From IMG/VR virus record IMGVR_UViG_3300017903_002428, positions 1 to 30,638 of that record: DNA of 30,638 nucleotides; one strand, given 5' to 3'. This document shows positions 18,449 through 26,063 of the stretch, piece after piece. The DNA is from a virus (Duplodnaviria > Caudoviricetes). How positions within the stretch are numbered: the first letter of the stretch is position 1; each line of letters opens with the position of its first letter. Both the position numbers and the translations under genes were made by a program. The notes under the pieces are model-generated. The model worked only from the letters and a program-made list of their open reading frames with translations, searched no databases and was not told the DNA's origin.

Positions 18449-19326
18449 GCCATCCTCTGCTTGATGACAGCAAGGTTGCCACCATTGTACTCAAGGGCTG
18501 CATCTGTGCTGAAGGTGGTGTCATGCACCAGATAGTTCGTGGTGCCCACATGCCACGGGTGCATGACTCCCTTGACCACAAGGCGCAGCCCGTAGATGGT
18601 GAGGTCACTGCCTGTGCGAGGGTAGTACCAGGCGCCCGACACACCGCGCCACTCAAGGTTTCCCGTCTCAGATGCGATGGGCAGGGTGCCTTGGTTGGGC
18701 GCTGCCATCCTGAGGTCTGCAGGCACTACGCTCGAGGCCTCACAGATGGACAGGGCGTTGCCTCTCTTTGCACCGATGACCGTGGTGAAATCCGACTGAC
18801 CGACCACAGGGACATAGTTGGTGCGGGCGCTACTGGTGATGTCCCACTCAAGGTAAAAGACCCAGCAGGCGCCCCAGGTGCTTGCAGGTTGTGCGCCGCC
18901 TGAACCGTTGTTGAAATCGTAGTAGGCAAGGCTGCCCGCAGTGTTCCAGTTGGTGCCATCATCGGGCTTCACACTGAGGTTCCAGTACACCCGCAGCACC
19001 TCACCGGGGCTGATGGTGAGGCCTGCCCCAAAGCTCATATCTGTGGGGTTGCCTGCTCCATCCTCGATGGGGTGAGCTGCTGCAGGCATGGCAGTCATGC
19101 CGTTGACTGTGACCGTGCTGCTGTGCTTCCAGTCATTGAGCCCAAGGGTGACCTGCTGTTGATAGGTCTGCAGCCACACCTTGGCAAACTGGGGCAGGTC
19201 ATGCGCTGCATCCCTGTGGTTGAACGCATTGAGGTCTGTCTGGGTGTAGTCGCTGAAACGGTCATTAAGTGACGCCGCATCGAGGGTGTCACCATCATTG
19301 ACTGCTGCCCGTACGATTCTGCTCAT
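18445..19326 (-). CDS. Putative tail-associated structural protein
   Basis: Start moved to MSRIVR (ATGA overlap); N-terminal DGDTLDAASLNDRF motif. Confidence 0.55.
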   Translation of the reverse strand: MSRIVRAAVNDGDTLDAASLNDRFSDYTQTDLNAFNHRDAAHDLPQFAKVWLQTYQQQVTLGLNDWKHSSTVTVNGMTAMPAAAHPIEDGAGNPTDMSFGAGLTISPGEVLRVYWNLSVKPDDGTNWNTAGSLAYYDFNNGSGGAQPASTWGACWVFYLEWDITSSARTNYVPVVGQSDFTTVIGAKRGNALSICEASSVVPADLRMAAPNQGTLPIASETGNLEWRGVSGAWYYPRTGSDLTIYGLRLVVKGVMHPWHVGTTNYLVHDTTFSTDAALEYNGGNLAVIKQRMA

Positions 19327-19988
19327 CTCCACCTCCCCACAGCCAAGTACCGCATGCCCCAAAGGTGCGCCTGTGGCACCACATCCCCTGCAGTAGTAGC
19401 AAGGGCATCATCCTCAGAAGGGCCGGTGAGGCGATACTGCAGGCGCACAGTGACATCACCCTGAGGCAGCAGCTTGCTGCCGATGACCCGAAAGGCCTCA
19501 TGGTATGCCGGTCCCCTGCGCTCAGCGATTGTGACACCGTTGGCAATGATGCGCAGATTGAGAAACTTGGGATTGTACGGGCGCTGGATGGTAGCCCCTC
19601 GAGCCATGCCACCCATGACATAGGCATTGCCTGCCCACTCGATGTGCAGCATGCCCCCTTTCCATCCGGTCAGGGTGATGCCTGAGGCAGAAGACACGTT
19701 CTGCCAGCCCCCTGCATACGCGCGGTATGCAGCTGCGTTCCATGCATTGTCGGGCACAGCAGCTGTGTAGATGCTCGTGTCCTGCTCTCCGTTGTCTGCA
19801 TAGTCCGCATCGACATAGACCCGCTGCAGGGCATAGTCTTTGACGCGCGTCTGGTTGGCATAGCCCTCAGGCAACTGCTCTCGGTCAAGGGTGGTGATGC
19901 TCGACTGCTGCGCCCGCAGCTCATCATTGACCGCAGAAGGGGAGACTGTGGCGCCCTGTGTGGCGTCTCTTTGTGCCCATCGCCTCAT
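19323..19988 (-). CDS. Putative tail-associated structural protein
   Basis: N-terminal QGATVSPSAVNDEL motif; ATGA coupling. Confidence 0.55.
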   Translation of the reverse strand: MRRWAQRDATQGATVSPSAVNDELRAQQSSITTLDREQLPEGYANQTRVKDYALQRVYVDADYADNGEQDTSIYTAAVPDNAWNAAAYRAYAGGWQNVSSASGITLTGWKGGMLHIEWAGNAYVMGGMARGATIQRPYNPKFLNLRIIANGVTIAERRGPAYHEAFRVIGSKLLPQGDVTVRLQYRLTGPSEDDALATTAGDVVPQAHLWGMRYLAVGRWR

Positions 19989-22177
19989 GCTCTCCGCCCC
20001 ATGATGACCTTGGCGCCCTTGGTGTTGTACATGTATTCGTGGCCCACAAGGATGATGTCTGCAGTAGTCTCGAGCTCAAAGCAGAACCATGCAGCAGACT
20101 GATGGGCCACACTGTAGCGCAGGGGCACCAGACGTTCTTTCTGGTATGTGGCAGGCGCACCCAGCAACGTGATGTCAAGGGTGGGCAGCACAGCAGCATC
20201 AGGAGGCTGTGCCAGATAGGTGCGCTCGAGCACAGGGGTGAGGCTGAAGTCTTTGTAGTGCCGCATGGTGATGCTGGCGTCACCCGTAGTCATCACCCAG
20301 ATGGTCACATAGGTGACCTCTTTCTGCAGCTGGGGGTCTCCTGCTGAATACCAGGCTGAGCGGTAGGTACTGGTGGGCGGGTCATCAAAGACCATACCCT
20401 GCTCTTGGATGGAGCTGCCCAGTGCACGCTTGCCCGAGAGGACAAACAACCCGCGTTCTGTGTTGGGGTCTCCTGATTCTGCCCCTGTGTTGTGACCGAA
20501 GATGACCGTGCCATCTGCCCGAGTAGCAAGGGCGCCCACAGGGAAGCCCCTGCGAGTGCTCCATGGGCTCAGGCGCTGAGAGTCCACAAGGGCAAGCCGG
20601 TCAAGGTGCAGCACCAAGCCAAGGTTGGGGCGGTCATTGCCGTTGGCAGGGAAGTACACATGGTATTCCCTGAGGGCTGCGCTGAAGACTCCCTGTGCCT
20701 TGGGCAGGCAGTCAGGGGTCATGCGCTCGATGACCTCATCCTGCCCCACAGTCAGGTTGACAGCATCCTGAATGGCACCACCCTGCAGGCCTCCTGTGAG
20801 GGCATAGACCCCATCCGTAGCAAGGAAGACCACACCCAGCCCCGGTACCGCTGCAATGCTGTGGGGACTCAGGCATGTGATGCTGTTGCTGATGGTGGTG
20901 ACTTGGAAGCCCTGCACAAAGTCACCGGTCACCACGTCGATGCCCTGCTCTCGGAAGACCAGAAGCGTTGTGTAATGGGCGAAGAGCCCGGTGACTGCCC
21001 CACCCTCACTGCTCAGCTGAATGAAGTTGGTGGCACCAAACTGCTCGATGAGTCCAGGCTGAGAGTAGTACAGGGACAGGCCATCATCAATGCCCCCATC
21101 AAGCCACAGGCTGCCACCGAACAGGGCGCTGAAGCGTGCGCGGGGGGCAGGCAGGGGACCAGTGGCAAGCTCAGCCTGAGGCTGCCCCAGTCCGGGTGAG
21201 CGCGTCGCATCAAAGAACAGGTCTTCTGTGTTGTTCCGTACAATATCGAGGAAGTACAGGGTGGTGTCCCCCACAAACTGCCAGTCGTCGCTGTAGTTGC
21301 GGGTGCGGTACAGCTTCCTTGCTACGGTCCCCTCAGGCCCCACAGGGAGCTGCACACCCACTGTGTGCCGGAAGCCTGCACTGTCCACCACAGGACTCCA
21401 TGCGACGGTACCCAGCTCGCTGGCAGGCCCCTCGCTGCCCGTGTTGGTGATGAAGCTGACCGCATAGGCAAACTGTGCCTGATTGTCTCCGGACTCAGCA
21501 CCTGTGCCTGTGTTGCCGGGAAAGCCCAAGCCCCATCTGCCACCGTCTGCCACCCCTTCAGGGTTGTCCAGATTCCAGATGGTGAGGGCAGTGCCCTGAG
21601 TGGTGGGGGTGTAGAAGGGGTCTGCTGCGTTCTTTGCAGGCATGGTCTGCACCGGCAAGGGCTCGGGAGCGATGGGCTGCCCAGCAAAGCCAAAGGGCCG
21701 GATGCATCGAGTGATGGCAGGAGATGCTTCTGCTGCGTCACCCAAGGGCCATGGGTTCACAATGACAGGACGGTCCACACCATTGGTGACGATGACCCCG
21801 TAGGGGGTATCCGTGAACCATGACCCTGCCTCTGTGGGTGTGGGGATGTGGCGCCCCTCTGCAAGGGTGAGCAGTCCGGGCACTGCAGGGGACTCATATA
21901 CATAGGACAGCTTGCCGTCTGCTTCGAACAGCACCGCCTGCCTTGCGCCGCCTGCGAGCTGCTGCGCAACATGCAGGGAGGTGACAGGGCCAACAGTCTG
22001 GAAGGGCTCCCAGTTGGGCTGCCCGGTCCTGTACTGTTCGTAGCCGATACGGCTGCTCCACCCACCGGATACCCGGTCAAGAGTCCAGTTCTGCAGGCGC
22101 CCTGCATCCTGAGGATTCTGGGGCAGGCGAGTAGCCAGCCCTCCTGCAAGCGGTGTCTGGTATTGGCTGCCATTCAT
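19985..22177 (-). CDS. Podovirus tail nozzle/stabilisation protein (P22 gp10 / T7 gp12-like)
   Basis: 730 aa, beta-propeller-like. N-terminal GGL...N..R.G pattern, LYYS..G..E.F segment, and position after the adaptor. Confidence 0.7.
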   Translation of the reverse strand: MNGSQYQTPLAGGLATRLPQNPQDAGRLQNWTLDRVSGGWSSRIGYEQYRTGQPNWEPFQTVGPVTSLHVAQQLAGGARQAVLFEADGKLSYVYESPAVPGLLTLAEGRHIPTPTEAGSWFTDTPYGVIVTNGVDRPVIVNPWPLGDAAEASPAITRCIRPFGFAGQPIAPEPLPVQTMPAKNAADPFYTPTTQGTALTIWNLDNPEGVADGGRWGLGFPGNTGTGAESGDNQAQFAYAVSFITNTGSEGPASELGTVAWSPVVDSAGFRHTVGVQLPVGPEGTVARKLYRTRNYSDDWQFVGDTTLYFLDIVRNNTEDLFFDATRSPGLGQPQAELATGPLPAPRARFSALFGGSLWLDGGIDDGLSLYYSQPGLIEQFGATNFIQLSSEGGAVTGLFAHYTTLLVFREQGIDVVTGDFVQGFQVTTISNSITCLSPHSIAAVPGLGVVFLATDGVYALTGGLQGGAIQDAVNLTVGQDEVIERMTPDCLPKAQGVFSAALREYHVYFPANGNDRPNLGLVLHLDRLALVDSQRLSPWSTRRGFPVGALATRADGTVIFGHNTGAESGDPNTERGLFVLSGKRALGSSIQEQGMVFDDPPTSTYRSAWYSAGDPQLQKEVTYVTIWVMTTGDASITMRHYKDFSLTPVLERTYLAQPPDAAVLPTLDITLLGAPATYQKERLVPLRYSVAHQSAAWFCFELETTADIILVGHEYMYNTKGAKVIMGRRA

Positions 22178-23523
22178 GGTGTGAACGTCAACTTGCCATA
22201 GGGGTTGCGCACGAACCGATACCCTGCAGTGGGTGTGCCCTTGATGATGCGGCGCGGCACCTCCTTGAGGTACCTCTGCTCCATGGCCTTGTACAACAAT
22301 GCCTTCTTGCGCTGATAGACCTGAGACAGTGCAGGGTTGGCTACCTTCAGGGTGATGTTCTCGAGCGCCGCATAGGCCACCATCTGCGCATAGGCAGCAG
22401 GCACAAGGGGCACGTCTTGGTCTTCCTGCATGCGGGTGGGTGCCACCACCATGCGCACATTGAGGTCTTGGTCTGCACTCGGATGGGGGTACAGCTCAAG
22501 CGCCTGGTACACAGCAGACTGATTGTACTGGTAGCGCACGGCCTCACTGTGGAAGGCCTGCCCTTCGAGGTGGCTGAGGGCAAGGTTGCTGGCAATGGTC
22601 ACACCGCCTGTGGGCGGGATGGTGTCCACCCCAGACAAGGACCGGACGCGCACCGGGGCCAGAATGCCTGCCTCAGGACAGGTGAAGTAGTACCGACGAT
22701 ACAGCCCCGTGGTGTTGGGGATTGTCTCGGGGGTAAACTCGAGCGTCTGGGTGTCGGTCAAGCTGAAGGTGGCCACCTTGCTCAGGGCAGACTCAAAGCC
22801 GCTGCTGACTGCATCCCTGTAGGTGGGGTAGTTTTGGGCATTCGGCCCCAGCACATTGACCATATACACATTGATGGTGCGGGCGCCCTGCCCCACTGCT
22901 GCAACTGTGGCCACACCTCGAGGGGCCTGAGGAGCTGCTACCCGTCTGCCCTCACTGGGCAGGTATGCCTCGATGGTACCCAGCAGGCTCGGGTCAAGGT
23001 TGGCGTCTTCCCGTTCCCACTTGCTGAGAAACAGGGCTTTGGCAGGGATGGTGCCCACATGAGGGTCACCCACATTCTGAAGGGTCATGCAGTCACTGGG
23101 TAGGTAGACCTCCCTGCGCTGCATTGTGGCTGTGTAGGTGCCTGATGCCCCCTCATACAACCGGTCAAGGTACAGGGTGGTGGCGTTCTCCACCCATCGC
23201 ACATGGTGGATGTGCTCCACCCCTGCGCTGTCTGTGAAGGTCAGCTGTGCCCCATCGAGGGTGCTGCCCGGCTTGACTGTGGTGCCAAAGCTCAGGCCTG
23301 TTCCTGTGGCATCTGCTGCGTTCAGTGTGAAGGTCAGGCTGAGGGTGGTGTCTGTCCACACCTGCAGCTTCCGGTCACTGCTTGCAAAGGACCAAGGCCT
23401 GTCTGTGAGACACCTGGTCTGTGCATCATTGAGCAGGCTGACCAACTGCTCTCGATACGTTGGGTTGCTCGGGTCATAGTCGAGGAGATTGCCGACAAAG
23501 TCCAGAAGGTCACCCAGATTCAT
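22174..23523 (-). CDS. Head-tail adaptor (tail tubular A-like) with large beta insertions
   Basis: N-terminal LNDAQ.....PWSF and C-terminal LELYPHP...P.....D.PLVP..Y..MVAYAA adaptor patterns. Confidence 0.65.
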   Translation of the reverse strand: MNLGDLLDFVGNLLDYDPSNPTYREQLVSLLNDAQTRCLTDRPWSFASSDRKLQVWTDTTLSLTFTLNAADATGTGLSFGTTVKPGSTLDGAQLTFTDSAGVEHIHHVRWVENATTLYLDRLYEGASGTYTATMQRREVYLPSDCMTLQNVGDPHVGTIPAKALFLSKWEREDANLDPSLLGTIEAYLPSEGRRVAAPQAPRGVATVAAVGQGARTINVYMVNVLGPNAQNYPTYRDAVSSGFESALSKVATFSLTDTQTLEFTPETIPNTTGLYRRYYFTCPEAGILAPVRVRSLSGVDTIPPTGGVTIASNLALSHLEGQAFHSEAVRYQYNQSAVYQALELYPHPSADQDLNVRMVVAPTRMQEDQDVPLVPAAYAQMVAYAALENITLKVANPALSQVYQRKKALLYKAMEQRYLKEVPRRIIKGTPTAGYRFVRNPYGKLTFTP

Positions 23524-23536
23524 GGCAATACCTCAC

Positions 23537-23575
23537 AGGGGAAAGCCCCAGCCCCTGAGCAGGAGGGACTGGGGC
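23537..23575 (-). terminator. Probable intrinsic terminator/attenuator of the capsid-cement transcript
   Basis: GCCCCAGUCCCU/AGGGGCUGGGGC 12-bp stem with a G-U pair that works only on the - strand, followed by UUUCCCCU (weak U tract, consistent with read-through). Confidence 0.7.
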
Positions 23576-23618
23576 AGGGCAGGGTGGGCGAGAGGACAGC
23601 AAGCCCAGCACCTGCCCC
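23576..23618 (-). ncRNA. 3' UTR hairpin with loop antisense to the phage's conserved RBS (candidate sRNA)
   Basis: GGGCAGG-ugc-UGGGC-[UUGCUGUCCUCUC]-GCCCA-c-CCUGCCC. The loop is the reverse complement of GAGAGGACAGCAA. Confidence 0.5.
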
Positions 23619-23628
23619 GGGGGGGGTC

Positions 23629-24102
23629 TCAGAATCGCTTGAGGATGTGGATGGCGACCTTGTTGGCGGTCGTCGCACCCTTGGCCTCGAGCGCCACAGC
23701 AAACAGGCCGGCAGTATCGGCAGCAGCTGCAGTCTCCACCTCACCCGCTGCAGTGGAAGCAGCAGACAGGGCGGCACCCGTCAGGATGGTGCCGTTGGTG
23801 CAGTTGACGTCTGCAGCGTAGCCACTGACCACAACCCGCACCTGCTCACCTGCACCGGCTGCAGCATTGAGCGCCACGCCGATGGCAAGCGGGTTGCCGG
23901 TTCCAACGTTGGCAGCCTGCTTGATGTACAGGACGCGGTCTGCGCCGGTCTTGGTGTTGTCAAGCCCGACCACATCACCGGCCACAATCGCAGCACTGGA
24001 GATGAAGGTCTCCACCTGTCGACGGTTGGAGGTGTCGCCTGCAATGGAGGTGGGGCTGGTGATGCCGTCACCCAGAAACTGAACGAGGGTAGAAGTAGCC
24101 AT
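23629..24102 (-). CDS. Capsid cement/decoration or head-fibre protein (DUF2190-like)
   Basis: Start moved to MATSTL after GGAGG. AIVAGDVV, AIGVALNAA.AG..V.V...G and AVALEA motifs; directly follows the capsid gene. Confidence 0.75.
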   Translation of the reverse strand: MATSTLVQFLGDGITSPTSIAGDTSNRRQVETFISSAAIVAGDVVGLDNTKTGADRVLYIKQAANVGTGNPLAIGVALNAAAGAGEQVRVVVSGYAADVNCTNGTILTGAALSAASTAAGEVETAAAADTAGLFAVALEAKGATTANKVAIHILKRF

Positions 24103-24107
24103 ATTTC

Positions 24108-25118
24108 TCAAGCCTCCGCATCGAGGAGGACACCATGCGAAGCAAGGTGACCGGTGACGAGCTGCATACGGCAAAAGACCATTGCAGCCTCAGTGGCAGT
24201 ACCAGGCACGGGCATCATGTCCGAGACCTCAAAGAAGCCATCGGTGTCAGCGTACAGCTGGAAGTTGCTGCTGCTCAGCACATAGGCGCTGACCGGCTTG
24301 GCAGGGTTCTGCGCCGTGAAGCCAAGGTTGGGCTCGACGTAGATTTTCGCGCCGCGCCACATGGCAACCATGTCACGGTCAAGCGTCTCACGGTCGCCTG
24401 CGCTGACATAGTTGACATACGACTGCTGCTGCTTCTGGAAGGCAGCGAAGCACTTTGGCGACATGAAGATGATGTCGGGGAACTCACCGGAGGGGTTCCG
24501 AATCTGGCAGTCAATCATCAACTGGTCAAGGTGCGACAGGTCGAAGTTGGCAGCAGAATCGAAGAAGTTGTTGAACCAGTTTTGTGCTTGGTAGGTGGCC
24601 TTGGAAAGACCGCCCACACTGTTCTGCTGGCTTGCAGCTGCAACACCCTCGAGCCAACCGGTGCCGGCTGCAGTGGTCATGCCGTTCAGGGTCTGCAGGG
24701 AGGTGAGGGTAGAGCTGTTGCCCACCATAACCTGCTTACTGACCTCTTTCTTAAGGCCGAGCATAACATTCTTCATCTTAGACTCGAGAATGTTTACTAC
24801 AGCAAGGTCACCCTTGTTAGCAGCCTTTTCCACAGCGCTTAGAATAATAGGCTGGGTAAAGTTACTATATTCGAACTTAGCGCTGTTAAAGGGGTCGGTA
24901 ACGGCCATAGAAACGGGTTCGAACCCATTAGAGAGCTCGGTGATAGAGCTGTGCTCTCCGAAAATTACCGGTTGCTCCACTCGCAGGCCACCACTGACCT
25001 TGACGAGGTTGCCGGCGGACTCGATGGCGCGAAAGAGGGGATGGGACAGGAAGCTGTTGTCGATAAGCTTATCGCGCAACAGCTGCAGCGTAGTGCTGAT
25101 AACTGACTGGGGTGCCAC
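24108..25118 (-). CDS. Major capsid protein (HK97 fold)
   Basis: 336 aa with GTG start and GGAGG SD. L.DN.F.SHPL, GG..V..P, PD.I.MS and LVT.....HGVL patterns; lies between scaffold and cement. Confidence 0.85.
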   Translation of the reverse strand: MAPQSVISTTLQLLRDKLIDNSFLSHPLFRAIESAGNLVKVSGGLRVEQPVIFGEHSSITELSNGFEPVSMAVTDPFNSAKFEYSNFTQPIILSAVEKAANKGDLAVVNILESKMKNVMLGLKKEVSKQVMVGNSSTLTSLQTLNGMTTAAGTGWLEGVAAASQQNSVGGLSKATYQAQNWFNNFFDSAANFDLSHLDQLMIDCQIRNPSGEFPDIIFMSPKCFAAFQKQQQSYVNYVSAGDRETLDRDMVAMWRGAKIYVEPNLGFTAQNPAKPVSAYVLSSSNFQLYADTDGFFEVSDMMPVPGTATEAAMVFCRMQLVTGHLASHGVLLDAEA

Positions 25119-25127
25119 GGTAGGCCT

Positions 25128-25205
25128 CCACTGTGGATTGATTGCTTGCGGTATAGGGGCGTGCAGTGGTCACCACTGTGCCGATAGCGCAAGCCTCCAC
25201 AGTGG
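25128..25205 (-). promoter_or_regulatory. Structured 5' leader of the capsid gene overlapping its SD
   Basis: Nested stems (+ coordinates): CCACTGTGGA 25128-37 / TCCACAGTGG 25196-205; GCTTGCG 25144-50 / CGCAAGC 25188-94; CAGTGG 25164-69 / CCACTG 25173-78. Confidence 0.7.
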
Positions 25206-25224
25206 GGTGGGCTCACATGAGGCG

Positions 25225-25233
25225 ACTATAGCA
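25225..25233 (-). promoter_or_regulatory. Candidate extended -10 promoter (TGcTATAGT) for the capsid operon
   Basis: TGnTATAgT just after the scaffold stop and about 20 nt before the leader stem, in a genome where TA is otherwise rare. Confidence 0.55.
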
Positions 25234-25238
25234 CGCTG

Positions 25239-26054
25239 TCACTTGCGGTGCATAGCCTGAGCGATGGCCAGAATATCTGCAGCACTTGCACGCTTCAGGT
25301 CACCTGCTGTGGGCCTGCCTTGAGCGCCTGCCCTGCGAGGGGTGCCCGTGGCTGTGAGGGCTGCCTGTTTGGCTGCCCGCCTCTTTGCCCGTCTGCTTTC
25401 CTGCTGCTCAGCCTGCTGCTGCTTGGCTCGCTTGCCTCGAGCTGCCCAGTAGGCTGTCTCCAGGTCAAGGCCATCGTTCTCCTCGAGGAGGTGCTGCACC
25501 TCTGAGCGCAGGCCTGTGTCACTCTCAAAGTCCGGGTGCTGCTGCAGGAACGTCCGGTAGTTGTCCTGCGCCTGCTGCTGTTCGTACTCAGCCTGCATGG
25601 GCTCGAGCACTTGCTGCAGACGTTTGGTGACCTCAGCCTCAATGCGTGCCTGAATGCTCGCCTCATTGAACGGGTCGTACTCAGGAATCTCATCGGGTGC
25701 CTGCAGGGCCTGCTTGCCCTTCATCAGGGCTTCACGCTCTGCAAGGAAGTCCTTGCGCTGCTCTGCGAGCTCCTGCGTCTTGCGGGTGTAGTCCGCTTGC
25801 ATGCTGCGCATCAGCTTGGCGATGTCTGGGGGCACAGACTTGACTGCCTGCTCCCAACTCAGGCCCCGCTTCTTTGGCTCCTCGCCTTCTGCCTGCTCCT
25901 CGATTTCCACCTCTGGCCCATCTTCTGCCATGGCATCCACCATGGCCTGCACCTCGGCAGATGGCTCGGGGGCTGCAGGCTCGGGCGCTACCGGTGTCTC
26001 AGGGTGGGCTGCTTGCACCTCGGCAAGCACCTGCTCAGCTACTGACTCATGCAT
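25239..26054 (-). CDS. Capsid scaffolding protein
   Basis: Acidic N-terminus, QADYTRKTQELAEQRK scaffold motif and basic C-terminus; upstream of the capsid gene. Confidence 0.85.
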   Translation of the reverse strand: MHESVAEQVLAEVQAAHPETPVAPEPAAPEPSAEVQAMVDAMAEDGPEVEIEEQAEGEEPKKRGLSWEQAVKSVPPDIAKLMRSMQADYTRKTQELAEQRKDFLAEREALMKGKQALQAPDEIPEYDPFNEASIQARIEAEVTKRLQQVLEPMQAEYEQQQAQDNYRTFLQQHPDFESDTGLRSEVQHLLEENDGLDLETAYWAARGKRAKQQQAEQQESRRAKRRAAKQAALTATGTPRRAGAQGRPTAGDLKRASAADILAIAQAMHRK

Positions 26055-26063
26055 GTTGTCCTC

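Noticed and set aside
23619-23626. G8 tract as a phase-variation site
   Set aside because: Intergenic, downstream of a stop codon, and not in a promoter spacer.
24905-24935. tRNA T-arm (GGTTCGAACCC)
   Set aside because: No cloverleaf in the flanks; it lies in capsid codons G-F-E-P.
24710-24970. DGR variable region or inserted intron explaining the TA patch
   Set aside because: No reverse transcriptase or template repeat is present. The changes look synonymous and the capsid frame is continuous.
24135-25260. Antisense ORFs over the capsid gene as real genes
   Set aside because: Typical shadow frames. The RBS-like sequence at 24126 is recorded as a finding, but no coding signal supports the ORF.
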